From Verrucomicrobiota bacterium (GTDB lineage: Bacteria; Verrucomicrobiota; Verrucomicrobiia; Limisphaerales; UBA11358): a DNA stretch of 64,000 nucleotides. Location of the stretch: NCBI GenBank assembly GCA_049509875.1, contig JBEKZM010000017.1, positions 2,529-66,528 on the forward strand, written 5' to 3'. Both the position numbers and the translations under genes were made by a program. The notes beneath the pieces are model-generated. The model saw only the letters and a list, made by a program, of their open reading frames with translations. It had not been told where the DNA came from and ran no database searches. Shown here piece by piece: positions 28,128 through 37,487 of this stretch (position 1 is its first letter; each line of letters begins with the position of its first letter).

Positions 28128-29936
28128 ATGAGTGATACAGCGACTGGCGCGCCGGCGACGGGTGGCGCACAAAAAATCTCCCGGATCAGCGAGGCGGTCA
28201 TCCGTATCGCGGGCAATTCGCAGGACGGCATCCAGGCTATCGGCGGCTTCCTGGCCCGGCTGGCTGGCCGCAGCGAGCAGGAGGTCATGACGTTCATGAC
28301 GATTCCCTCGACGATCTCCGGCGGACCCTCGATTTTCCAGGTGCGCATCGGAAGCGGGGAGGTGATGACCGCAGGCGACGACGCGGACGTACTGCTGGCC
28401 TTTTACCAGCACAGCTACGAAGACCATATCAATTCACTCAAGAAAAAGGGCATTGTGCTGTATGACAGCGACCACGTGCAGCCCAAGCCCGAGTGGGAAG
28501 GCGACTATCACCATGTGGGCATCCCGATTTCGTCGCTGACCGTGGAAGCCATCGGCGGGACGGCCAAGGACAAGGGGAAGAATATCTATGCGCTCGGCCT
28601 GATTGCGCGCATGTTTGGCCTGAACGTGCCGAAGCTGGAAAAGCTGATCGGCGAACGATTCACGGGGAAGGACCCGAGCGTGTTGAACAACGCGCTGGCG
28701 GCCTTCCATGCCGGCTACGGCAATTCGCCAACGAATTTGCTGGAGACCTTTCAGTTTTCGGAAAGCCAGAAGAAAGGAGTGCCCCAAGTCGTCATGAACG
28801 GCAACGAGGCCATTGCCTATGGACTGATCGCCGCCGGCGTCCGCTTCGGCGCCGCCTATCCCATCACGCCGTGGTCGGATGTGATGGAGATCCTGCGCCG
28901 GGAGCTGCCCAAATATGGCGGCACGTTTGTGCAATGCGAAGACGAGATTGCGTCGGTTTGCATGGCGCTGGGGGCGAGCTTTGCCGGCCGCGTGGCAGTG
29001 ACGGGCTCCAGCGGTCCGGGCATTTCGCTCAAGACCGAGGCGATCGGCTGGGGCGTGATGGCGGAAATGCCGCTGATCATCGTGGACGTTCAGCGCGGCG
29101 GTCCATCCACCGGGATGCCGACAAATATTGAGCAGTCCGACTTGAACATCGCCACGTTTGGCGGACACGGCGATGCGCCGCGCGTGGTGATGGCGCCGGC
29201 GAACGTGGAGGATTGCTTTTACATGGCCATTGAGGCGGTGAACATCGCCCGCAAATACAGCGTGCCGGTGTTTTTCCTCTCCGATCAGGGCATCGGGACG
29301 CGGATTGAGGCCTTTCCGGAACCCGCCTTGGAGAAGATTTGCCAGGACATCAGCCCGGATTTGACGCCGGTGCCCACGCATAAGGCGTATGATTTGTCGG
29401 CCAAAGACGGCGTGACGTTCCACGTGAAACCCGGCACGCCGATCCTGGACGGCAAGTATCCCACTGCCACCGGGCTGGAACACGACGAATTTGGCCACCC
29501 GACGGGATCGCCGAAGCTGCACATGCAGATGTCGGCCAAACGACGAAAAAAGTTGCAGGCGCTCGGAGCGACGCTCCCGCTGCCGAAAATTTACGGGCCG
29601 CCCGAAGGCAACGTCCTGCTGGTGGGCTGGGGCTCCACGGAAGGTCCGATCCGCGAAGCGGTGGACCGATCGCGCGCCGCCGGCGACAGCGTTTCTTCCG
29701 TTCACCTCCGGCACCTGAGCCCGCTGCCGAACGGGCTGGAGAACATTTTCTCGGGCTTCAATCACATCCTGGTGGTGGAAATGAATGATGAGGGACTATA
29801 CGGTTACGGCCAGCTCGGCGCCGTGCTGCGCGCCCGTTATTGCGAATCCAAGATACAGGGCATCAATAAGACCGACGGACTGACCTGGAAGGTCAGGGAG
29901 ATCCTGGAAGGGATCAAAAACAGACTACGCAAATAA
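28128..29936 (+). CDS. korA: 2-oxoacid:ferredoxin oxidoreductase, alpha subunit (fused gamma+alpha domains; 2-oxoglutarate type KorA-like)
   Basis: GNEAIAYGLIAAGVRFGAAYPITPWSDVME, with an N-terminal gamma-like domain. The 602-aa length resembles actinobacterial KorA. Confidence 0.85.
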   Translation: MSDTATGAPATGGAQKISRISEAVIRIAGNSQDGIQAIGGFLARLAGRSEQEVMTFMTIPSTISGGPSIFQVRIGSGEVMTAGDDADVLLAFYQHSYEDHINSLKKKGIVLYDSDHVQPKPEWEGDYHHVGIPISSLTVEAIGGTAKDKGKNIYALGLIARMFGLNVPKLEKLIGERFTGKDPSVLNNALAAFHAGYGNSPTNLLETFQFSESQKKGVPQVVMNGNEAIAYGLIAAGVRFGAAYPITPWSDVMEILRRELPKYGGTFVQCEDEIASVCMALGASFAGRVAVTGSSGPGISLKTEAIGWGVMAEMPLIIVDVQRGGPSTGMPTNIEQSDLNIATFGGHGDAPRVVMAPANVEDCFYMAIEAVNIARKYSVPVFFLSDQGIGTRIEAFPEPALEKICQDISPDLTPVPTHKAYDLSAKDGVTFHVKPGTPILDGKYPTATGLEHDEFGHPTGSPKLHMQMSAKRRKKLQALGATLPLPKIYGPPEGNVLLVGWGSTEGPIREAVDRSRAAGDSVSSVHLRHLSPLPNGLENIFSGFNHILVVEMNDEGLYGYGQLGAVLRARYCESKIQGINKTDGLTWKVREILEGIKNRLRK

Positions 29937-29956
29937 TTTCAAACTTTCACCCATTT

Positions 29957-30892
29957 ATGAGCCAGACTTTGACTGAAAATCCAGCAGTTACAATTAATGC
30001 CCCGCAGCCCGCCACCGGCGACCGCAAGCCGCTGACGAAAAAGGAATTATCGGCCGACCACCCGACGTGGTGCCCCGGCTGCGGCGACTTTTCCGTGCTC
30101 GCGCTGTATTTCAAGCTGATTGAAAAGCGGAAACTGTGGCAGGAGAAAATCACCACGATTTCCGGCATCGGCTGTTCGAGCCGGTTCCCATATTTCGTGC
30201 AGTCCCACGGCGCGCACTTCCTGCATGGCCGCGCGCTGCCGTTTGCCAGCGGGGTTTCGCTGTCCCGGCCCGATTTGCACGTGTTCGCCTTCAGCGGCGA
30301 CGGCGACGCCTTGTCCATCGGCGGGAACCACTTTACGCACACAGCGCGCAAGAACATCAAGATGACCCTGGTGGTGATGGACAACCAGGTCTATGGCCTG
30401 ACCAAGAAGCAGACCTCGCCCACCTCCCCGCTCGGCTTCAAAAGCAAGACGGACACGTGGGGTGCGGTGGATTATCCGATCAACCCTGCGAAACAGGCCA
30501 TTGCGGTCGGGGCCACGTTTGTGGCGCGCACCTCGGCCTCAAATCCGAATCATGTGCTGGCGATGATGGAGGCGGCGATGGACCACGACGGCTTCAGTTT
30601 TGTGCACTGCCTGAGCGAGTGCGTGGAGTTCTACGAAGGCGCGTTCGACGCAGCGAATCCGCGCAAGGGCGGCGTGTTCAACGAAGTTCCCAAGACGCAC
30701 GATGTAACCGACGAACTGGCGGCCTACAAGCTAGCTGGCGCCGACTTTCCGGGCAATTTCGGCATCTTGTACCAAGTCAGAAGGCCGACCAAGAACGCCA
30801 AGGAAGCGGAGGTCAACAAGAATGCGCAGAGCAAGGTGGCCGGCCAGAAAGACTGGCAGATTCTCCAAAAGACCTTCGAAAAGATGAAGTGA
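29957..30892 (+). CDS. korB: 2-oxoacid:ferredoxin oxidoreductase, beta (TPP-binding) subunit
   Basis: WCPGCGDFSVL and GDGDALSIGGNHFTH are TPP-binding motifs. The gene starts 20 nt after korA. Confidence 0.85.
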   Translation: MSQTLTENPAVTINAPQPATGDRKPLTKKELSADHPTWCPGCGDFSVLALYFKLIEKRKLWQEKITTISGIGCSSRFPYFVQSHGAHFLHGRALPFASGVSLSRPDLHVFAFSGDGDALSIGGNHFTHTARKNIKMTLVVMDNQVYGLTKKQTSPTSPLGFKSKTDTWGAVDYPINPAKQAIAVGATFVARTSASNPNHVLAMMEAAMDHDGFSFVHCLSECVEFYEGAFDAANPRKGGVFNEVPKTHDVTDELAAYKLAGADFPGNFGILYQVRRPTKNAKEAEVNKNAQSKVAGQKDWQILQKTFEKMK

Positions 30893-31009
30893 ACCGATTC
30901 GCGATAGACGATTTGAACACTCTGCCGGGCGGTGAGAACATCGATATTCTTGCGACCTCATTGAATTTTTGAATTAACGGCTGTCGTCCCGGTCTGTTAG
31001 AAATCAGTT

Positions 31010-31711
31010 GTGCGCAATGTTCCGCCCAATCTGTTTCCGGTCCGCGGGGCCATGGGCTGCTGCCATTTTCTTTATGATGGCGACAACAGCATTCTGTTGG
31101 ATACGGGGCTGGCTGGCGAGACGATCTATCTGCGCCGGCTGTTTCGCCGCCTGGGGCTCAAGCCGCAATCGCTCAAGGCCATCGTGCTCACGCACGGCCA
31201 TCTCGATCACACCGGCAATCTCGCGCGGCTCAAGGATTGGAGCGATGCAACCATTTACGCACATCCCCGCGAACAGGCGCACGTCGACGGCCAATACCCG
31301 TATCAGGGCGTGAACCGCTGGTGCGGCCGGCTGGAGGCCTTCGGCCGCAAGGCGCTTGGGTACCGGCCGGTGAAGATCGATCAGTTTCTCGCCGACGGAC
31401 AAGTCCTGCCATTCTGGGGCGGGCTGGAAGTGATCCATCTGCCCGGCCACACGCTCGGGCACTGCGGATTTTACAGCGCCAAGCACGACGCGCTCTTCAG
31501 CGGCGACATGATGGCCAGCTATTTCTTCAACGTTCACAAGCCCTGTGCCATGCTCAACAGCGCACCCGAGTTGCTGCCGGCCAGCGCCGACCGAATCCGC
31601 CGGCTCCGCCCGCGCTGGATTCTGCCTTTCCATTTTGACGTATTGGACGGCGAACTTCATCGCCGGCGGTTCGTGAAGTTGTACGGGCTGGCGGATTGGG
31701 CCGCCGCGTAG
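31010..31711 (+). CDS. MBL-fold metallo-hydrolase
   Basis: LTHGHLDHTGN (HxHxDH) and a later HLPGHTLGH. Confidence 0.75.
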   Translation: MRNVPPNLFPVRGAMGCCHFLYDGDNSILLDTGLAGETIYLRRLFRRLGLKPQSLKAIVLTHGHLDHTGNLARLKDWSDATIYAHPREQAHVDGQYPYQGVNRWCGRLEAFGRKALGYRPVKIDQFLADGQVLPFWGGLEVIHLPGHTLGHCGFYSAKHDALFSGDMMASYFFNVHKPCAMLNSAPELLPASADRIRRLRPRWILPFHFDVLDGELHRRRFVKLYGLADWAAA

Positions 31712-31752
31712 CCCGGCGCGGCAGGTTCGTGGTTAGACCACTTAGTGGCGTG

Positions 31753-31770
31753 GCCCCCGTTCTTGGGGGC
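31753..31770. terminator. Weak GC hairpin between convergent genes (possible bidirectional terminator)
   Basis: GCCCCC-gttctt-GGGGGC lies between the MBL stop (31711) and the stop of the last gene of the minus-strand operon (31792). There is no U-tract on either strand. Confidence 0.25.
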
Positions 31771-31791
31771 AATGCGGTGGGCGGCTCGATC

Positions 31792-32220
31792 TCAGGGCGC
31801 GCCCTTCCCCGGCCAGAAATCCATGGTAATCGTGGTGCCTGCTCCCGGCGCCGATTCGATGTGAAAGTGATCCACCAAACTGCGCGAGCCAGGCAACCCT
31901 GATCCCAGCGTGCCAGCTTTGGCGTACTCCAAAAGCCGTTCCGGGTGCTCGATGCCCTTGCCCTTGTCCGACACGATGATACGTAGTCCGTGCTTGTCGC
32001 CCTCGGCAACCTGGCCAATTCGGATTTCTCCGGCACAGCCGGCGTGTTGAACCACATTGCGCGTGATTTCAGAAATCACCGTGGCGAGCCGCGTCAAAAT
32101 CGCAGGAGGAAAACCCATTTTAGTGGCCTCGTCCCGGCCCACGAATCGCGCCAAAAGCACGTCTTGCACCTTGGCAATTGGCAGGCGGGCCAGTTCAACC
32201 CAGATAATGTTTTCGTTCAT
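31792..32220 (-). CDS. RsbW/SpoIIAB-like anti-sigma-factor-type serine kinase (HATPase_c_2)
   Basis: N-box EITRNVVQHA, G1 SDKGKGI and G2 GSGLPGS are present in 142 aa. ATG 32220 is preceded by GGAG. The gene lies 13 nt after the upstream gene. Confidence 0.7.
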   Translation of the reverse strand: MNENIIWVELARLPIAKVQDVLLARFVGRDEATKMGFPPAILTRLATVISEITRNVVQHAGCAGEIRIGQVAEGDKHGLRIIVSDKGKGIEHPERLLEYAKAGTLGSGLPGSRSLVDHFHIESAPGAGTTITMDFWPGKGAP

Positions 32221-32233
32221 TGGTGGTGGCTCC

Positions 32234-33316
32234 TTAGGTTTCAAGCGGCACCAGCACGCTGACGGTTGTCGCATCAGCGCCCGATTCGATGGCGAATTCG
32301 CACCCATGCAGGCGGGCGGCGCCTTGGGCCAGCGCCAGCCCCAGCCCAAGTCCCTGCGGTTTTCTGCTGCCGCACCAGAACTGCTTGAAGGCGCCGATCC
32401 GCGAAATCTGGTCGGCGTTCATGCCCGCTCCGCGGTTGCCAATCGTCAAGGACCAGAATTCACGCTCCCCGCGGCCCTTGACCTCAATGGGCGTTCCCGG
32501 AGCGGAAAACTTGCAGGCGTTGTCCACCAGCTCTTCCACGAGCCAGACCAGGTATTCCTCACTGAAAGACAAATCAATTGGCTCACACGTGAGGGCGAGA
32601 TCTCTCTCCCGTTTCCAATTTCGGCAGACTTCCCGCGCTACACGATCGACCACGGTTCCGGCTGCGACGAGCTGTCCAGTTCTCACCAATTCAAAGCGAT
32701 TGGCGTAGAGCTGCGGCAGTTGGGCATAAAGATGGAGCCGCCGCATCATGCGCCGCAAACGCGCCGATTCCTGGACCACGGACTTATGCATCGCGGCGAC
32801 CTGGGTGTCCTGCCCGGCATATTTGAGCGCCAGCAAATTCGTGACGGTCGTGATCCGATCGAGCGTCTCCAAAACCTCCGACGGCACCGAGCCGGCCACC
32901 GCCAGGCTGACCTCTTCGGCGCGGAGACGATTTTCCTCAAGCTGGCGGTTCCGTTTCTCCAGGCGGCGGCGCACTGAGCCGATGAGCGCCTCTGGCTGGC
33001 AGGGTTTGGTGATGTAATCATCGGCGCCTGCCTCCATCCCGTGGCGCAGGTCGTCGTTGGCCACCAGCGCCGTGAGGAAGATAAATGGTATCATCGCCGT
33101 CCGCGGATTGTCCCGTACGGCTTGGAGGACCCCGAAACCATCCAAAAGCGGCATCATGATGTCGCAAAGGATGAGATCTGGAATCGAGTTAATCGCCGTC
33201 GCTGCTCCCAGCCTGCCGTTTTCGGCTTCGAGCGTCTCGAAACCTTCAAAACGGAAGATCTGGGCCATCTGCTTGCGAATGGCATCATCGTCTTCAATGA
33301 TCAATATTCTGTGCAT
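32234..33316 (-). CDS. Response-regulator receiver fused to a histidine-kinase-like DHp/HATPase module lacking the phospho-acceptor His
   Basis: REC domain: MHRILIIEDDD...LILCDIMMP...DYITKP. HATPase: LVDNACKFS...IGNRGAGM...GLGLGLALA. At the H-box position the sequence is PSEVLETL, where the paralogues have SHEFRTPL. Confidence 0.75.
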   Translation of the reverse strand: MHRILIIEDDDAIRKQMAQIFRFEGFETLEAENGRLGAATAINSIPDLILCDIMMPLLDGFGVLQAVRDNPRTAMIPFIFLTALVANDDLRHGMEAGADDYITKPCQPEALIGSVRRRLEKRNRQLEENRLRAEEVSLAVAGSVPSEVLETLDRITTVTNLLALKYAGQDTQVAAMHKSVVQESARLRRMMRRLHLYAQLPQLYANRFELVRTGQLVAAGTVVDRVAREVCRNWKRERDLALTCEPIDLSFSEEYLVWLVEELVDNACKFSAPGTPIEVKGRGEREFWSLTIGNRGAGMNADQISRIGAFKQFWCGSRKPQGLGLGLALAQGAARLHGCEFAIESGADATTVSVLVPLET

Positions 33317-35712
33317 ATAAATTTCTGTTGCTGGCTCTCCGCGTGCGACCGGGGTATTGTGATTGGTATTTCCACCCAGACAGTGGTTCCCGTGCCTTCC
33401 TGGCTTTCAAGCCGAATTGTGCCCCGATGCAGATCCACAAACTGTTTGACTATGGCCAGGCCCATGCCCGAGCCCGGACGGTTGCCGACATTCGCCGCGC
33501 GGTGAAAGGTCTGATAAAGCTTGGCGAGGTCGGCGGCCGGAATTCCGATGCCTGAATCGCTGACCTTAAATTCAAGGCGCGGTTCCGACGACGGATCAGG
33601 GTCGCCACCTGGCTGCGGACTCCCGCCAATCCGCTTCACTTCCAGCTTCACGGGTTGGCCATCGGAAGAATACTTGACCGCGTTGCTAAGAAGATTACCC
33701 AAGATGTGCCGTAAAATCTTCTCGTCAAGACAGGCTTCGCCCACGGCGGAGTCAACCTGGAGTTCGATGGTACGGGGTGAACCATCGGGGCTTTGCCCTT
33801 CCGCGATTATCCGCCGGCAAAGCGTCCCCACTTCCACCCGCGCCGGTTTGCATTCCATTTTGCCACTGGTGCAAACACCATGAACCAGGAAGTCAGTCAA
33901 CATCTTGGTCATGCGCCCAACGGCGCCGTGGATTTCCTTGAGTTGCTCAGACCGTTCGGCGTCAGTCATCGTTTGCCCATAACCGCCGAGCAAATCGGCA
34001 GCCATGGTGATAACGGACAAGGGGGTGCGGAACTCATGGGAAACCATGCTCACAAAGCGGCCCTTGATTTGGGATAACTTCTGCTCGTGCTCGAGCGCCA
34101 GGCGGGAACGCTCCTCCTTCTGCTTATGGTCGGCCAACTCCTCGGCAATCCGCCTGCGTTCGGTAATGTCGCGGGCAATACCGACCATGCCATTATAACC
34201 ACCTTTGTCGTCGAAAACGGGCGACTCAATCGTTTCAAACCAGCGGCTGCAGCCGACGGCATCCAGCACGCAGTTCTCGCTGCGGACAGGTTTCCCCGAG
34301 CTGATGACTTCACGGTCTCCATTGAAAAATTCAGCCGCGCGTTCTGGAAAAATCTCGGAGATCGTCCGGCCGATGAGGCTTTCCAGCGATTGACCAATAA
34401 TGCGGGCCAATGGCTCGTTGACGGCCAGATACCGTCCTTGGGCATCCTTGAGCCAGGCGGGATCGGGAATGTTATTGAGAATCTGCGTTTGCAGACGCTG
34501 GCTTGCGCGCAGGGCCTCCTCAGCCCGTTTGATCCGGCTGATGTCCTCTTTCACGGCGACATAATGGGTGATCCTGCCCTGATCATCCCGGAGGGGCGAG
34601 ATGGTGGCCGCTTCCCAGTAAAGCTCCCCGTTCTTCCGCCGGTTATGGAATTCGCCGCGCCACTCCTCGCCCGCAGCAAGGGTGGCCCACATTTGCCGGT
34701 AGGCTTCAGGCGGTTTATCACCTGATTTGAGCACCCGGGGGTTTTTCCCGCGCACTTCCGCGAAACTGTACCCAGAAACAGCACAAAACTTTGGATTGAC
34801 GTATTCGATCCCGCCGTTGAGATCAGTAATGACAATGGACACCGGACTTTGCTCCACTGCGCGTGAGAGTTTGCGCAATTGCGATTCGGCTCGTTTGCCT
34901 TCCGTAATGTCGCGGAACGTCCAGAGCCTGCCGTAGTAAGTGCCATCCGCGTGAATCACGGGTGACGTGCAACAGTCGAGCACCGTCCCGTCCTTAAGTT
35001 CGATTTCATCCCGGCTCATTTCGCTCGGGTGGGCGTAGAGATAGACGACTTTTTCAACAAACTTTTCGGGATTTTTTGTCCTGATCGAGGACCACACCAG
35101 CTGTTTCAGGTGGACGTTATCTTCCGTGCTGGGCGGAGGGAGCTTGAACAAATCGGACAACGCGCGGTTTTGCAGAAGAATCTTTCCCTGCTCGTCGGTG
35201 ACGAGGATTCCGTCAATCAACGTGTTCGCCTGGGCCTCTAGAAAGCCCGTTTTCCAGCGGAAAGCATCTTCCGCCTGCTGGCATTCGGTGACGTTTTCGA
35301 GGACCACCTCCTCGGCGCGAAGCAGGCTTTCCTGGATCTGGCGGTCTCGCTTTTCCAAGCGGCGGTTCACGGAGTCTAGTAGCGTCGCCGGCTGGTACGG
35401 CTTGGTAATGTAATCATCGGCCCCTTCGTCCATTCCATGACGCAGGTCCTGGATCGCACCCAGCGCGGTGAGGAAGATGAATGGTATCATCGCCGTCTTC
35501 GGACTTTCCCGCAAAGCTTGCAGAACGCCGAAGCCATCCAAATCCGGCATCATGATATCGCAAATGATGAGATCTGGAGGCGAGTCAATCGCCGCCGCCG
35601 CCCCCAGCCTGCCGTTTTCGGCTTCGTGTGTTTCGAAGCCTTCAAAGCGGAGCATCTGGGCCATCTGTTTGCGCATGATTGGCTCGTCTTCAATGATCAA
35701 TATTCTATGCAT
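33301..35712 (-). CDS. Hybrid sensor histidine kinase: N-terminal REC, three PAS domains, HisKA, HATPase
   Basis: REC: MHRILIIEDEP...DLIICDIMMPDLDG. PAS blocks are present (for example SIVITDLNGGIEYVNPKFCAVSGY). H-box SHEFRTPLSVI, N-box LGNLLSNAVKYS, G-boxes DSGIGIP and GSGMGLAIV. Confidence 0.85.
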   Translation of the reverse strand: MHRILIIEDEPIMRKQMAQMLRFEGFETHEAENGRLGAAAAIDSPPDLIICDIMMPDLDGFGVLQALRESPKTAMIPFIFLTALGAIQDLRHGMDEGADDYITKPYQPATLLDSVNRRLEKRDRQIQESLLRAEEVVLENVTECQQAEDAFRWKTGFLEAQANTLIDGILVTDEQGKILLQNRALSDLFKLPPPSTEDNVHLKQLVWSSIRTKNPEKFVEKVVYLYAHPSEMSRDEIELKDGTVLDCCTSPVIHADGTYYGRLWTFRDITEGKRAESQLRKLSRAVEQSPVSIVITDLNGGIEYVNPKFCAVSGYSFAEVRGKNPRVLKSGDKPPEAYRQMWATLAAGEEWRGEFHNRRKNGELYWEAATISPLRDDQGRITHYVAVKEDISRIKRAEEALRASQRLQTQILNNIPDPAWLKDAQGRYLAVNEPLARIIGQSLESLIGRTISEIFPERAAEFFNGDREVISSGKPVRSENCVLDAVGCSRWFETIESPVFDDKGGYNGMVGIARDITERRRIAEELADHKQKEERSRLALEHEQKLSQIKGRFVSMVSHEFRTPLSVITMAADLLGGYGQTMTDAERSEQLKEIHGAVGRMTKMLTDFLVHGVCTSGKMECKPARVEVGTLCRRIIAEGQSPDGSPRTIELQVDSAVGEACLDEKILRHILGNLLSNAVKYSSDGQPVKLEVKRIGGSPQPGGDPDPSSEPRLEFKVSDSGIGIPAADLAKLYQTFHRAANVGNRPGSGMGLAIVKQFVDLHRGTIRLESQEGTGTTVWVEIPITIPRSHAESQQQKFICTEY

Positions 35713-35726
35713 ATAAAATCCTGCTG

Positions 35727-37487
35727 CTAATTCGCCGTCTGGACTGGTCCAGCGGCCGGCAACTCCACCCACACCTTCGTTCCTTTCCCTTCTTCGGTCT
35801 CAAAACGAATCGTGCCCCCCAGCAGATCCACGAACTGCTTGACGATGGCCAGGCCCATGCCGGTCCCGGGGCGGTTGCCGACATTGGCCGCCCGGTGAAA
35901 GGTCTGATAGAGCTTGGGGAGGTCGGCCGCGGGAATTCCGATGCCCGAATCGCTGACCTTAAATTCAAGTCGGTGTTCCGACGACGGATCAGTTCCGCCA
36001 TTTGGCTGCGGACTGCCGCCAATCCGCTTCACTTCCAGCGTCACGGGGCGGCCATCGAAAGAATACTTGACCGCATTGCTGAGGAGATTACCGAGGATAT
36101 GCCTCAATATTTTATCGTCGAGCCAGGCTTCGCCCACGGCGGAGTCAACCTGCAGTTCGATGGTACGGGGCGAACCACCATGGCTTCGCCCTTCCGCGAT
36201 TATCCGCCGGCAAAGGGCCTCCACCTCCACCCAAGCGGGCTGGCACTCAATTTTCTTGCTCGCGCAATTGCCGTGGATGAGGAAGTCATTCATCATTTCA
36301 GTCATGCGCTCGACGGAGTTTCGGATTTCGTTGAGGTGCTCGGAACGCTCGGCTTCGGTCATCTTATCCAAGTAACCGTCCAGCAACTCGGCCGCCATGT
36401 TGATAACGGACAAGGGGGTGCGGAACTCATGCGAAACCAGGCTCACAAAACGGCTCTTGATCTGGGATGACTTTTGCTCGTGTTCGAGCGCCAGGCGGGC
36501 GCTTTCCTCATTCGCCTTGTGTTCGGCCAATTCCTGGGCGGTGCGTTTCTGTTCGGTAATATCGCTGGCTATGCCGGAGAGGCGAATCAGCTTGCCGGCG
36601 GCATCGCGGACTTGAAAACCACGGTCATGAATCCAGCGGATCGTGCCATCAGGACGGGCGACGCGATACTCGACGCTAACCTCCGGTGCGTCTCCCATGA
36701 GGGTAGTGAAAACGCCGAATACATGCTCACGTTCCTCGGGGAGGATCGCTTCAACCCATTGGTGCGGATTGGCGTACAAACTCTCCATCGAACGGTCCCA
36801 AATCAATTTATAACCCGCACTCACGTAGTGGATCGTTTTGAAGTCGGGTGAACATATCCAGAACACATCGGTGATGTTGTCCGCCAACTGGTGGAACTTC
36901 TCCTCGCTCTCGCGCGACGCCTCTTGGGCCCGCTTCCGTTCAGTGATGTCCTCGATGGTACCAACGCGACCGGTGGCTTCGCCACCCTCGGCAGGAATTG
37001 TCCGCGAACGAATCTGCGCCCAACGCTGGTCGCCACGCGTATTTACGAACCGAACCTCACGGATAAACTCCTGCCCTGCCTGCCGAGCACGGTCTCTTTC
37101 CTCCAAAAAGGCTGGCGCATCGTCGGGGTTCAGGGCGCGCTGCCACCCATCGCCCAGAGATTCCTCCGCCGTGAGACCGCTGATGTCTTGCCAGTACGAA
37201 TTCGTGTAAATGCAGCGGCCGGCGGCGTCCAATTCAAAGATGCCGATGGGCGAGCAAGCACTCAGGCTGCGGTAACGTTGTTCGCCGACCTCAAATTTCT
37301 TATGCGATGCGACCAGATCGGCGTTCGTGCGGGCCAATTCGCGTTGGAGATTGGCCAGTTCATTGTTGATGCGGCTCAACTCCTCGTAAAAGTGGTCGTC
37401 ACGGCGATTGAGCACCTGGCCGCTCGGGACCGGATCCTGTGCCGCAGCCAGGGGGGCGATGACGGGATTGGTGGTGTCCTGTTTCAT
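35727..37487 (-). CDS. Cytoplasmic PAS-PAS sensor histidine kinase
   Basis: There is an N-terminal coiled coil and two PAS domains (IGIFELDAAGRCIYTNSYW and VFWICSPDFKTIHYVSAGY). H-box SHEFRTPLSVI plus an HATPase domain. The start overlaps the stop of the B12-binding gene as ATGA. Confidence 0.85.
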   Translation of the reverse strand: MKQDTTNPVIAPLAAAQDPVPSGQVLNRRDDHFYEELSRINNELANLQRELARTNADLVASHKKFEVGEQRYRSLSACSPIGIFELDAAGRCIYTNSYWQDISGLTAEESLGDGWQRALNPDDAPAFLEERDRARQAGQEFIREVRFVNTRGDQRWAQIRSRTIPAEGGEATGRVGTIEDITERKRAQEASRESEEKFHQLADNITDVFWICSPDFKTIHYVSAGYKLIWDRSMESLYANPHQWVEAILPEEREHVFGVFTTLMGDAPEVSVEYRVARPDGTIRWIHDRGFQVRDAAGKLIRLSGIASDITEQKRTAQELAEHKANEESARLALEHEQKSSQIKSRFVSLVSHEFRTPLSVINMAAELLDGYLDKMTEAERSEHLNEIRNSVERMTEMMNDFLIHGNCASKKIECQPAWVEVEALCRRIIAEGRSHGGSPRTIELQVDSAVGEAWLDDKILRHILGNLLSNAVKYSFDGRPVTLEVKRIGGSPQPNGGTDPSSEHRLEFKVSDSGIGIPAADLPKLYQTFHRAANVGNRPGTGMGLAIVKQFVDLLGGTIRFETEEGKGTKVWVELPAAGPVQTAN

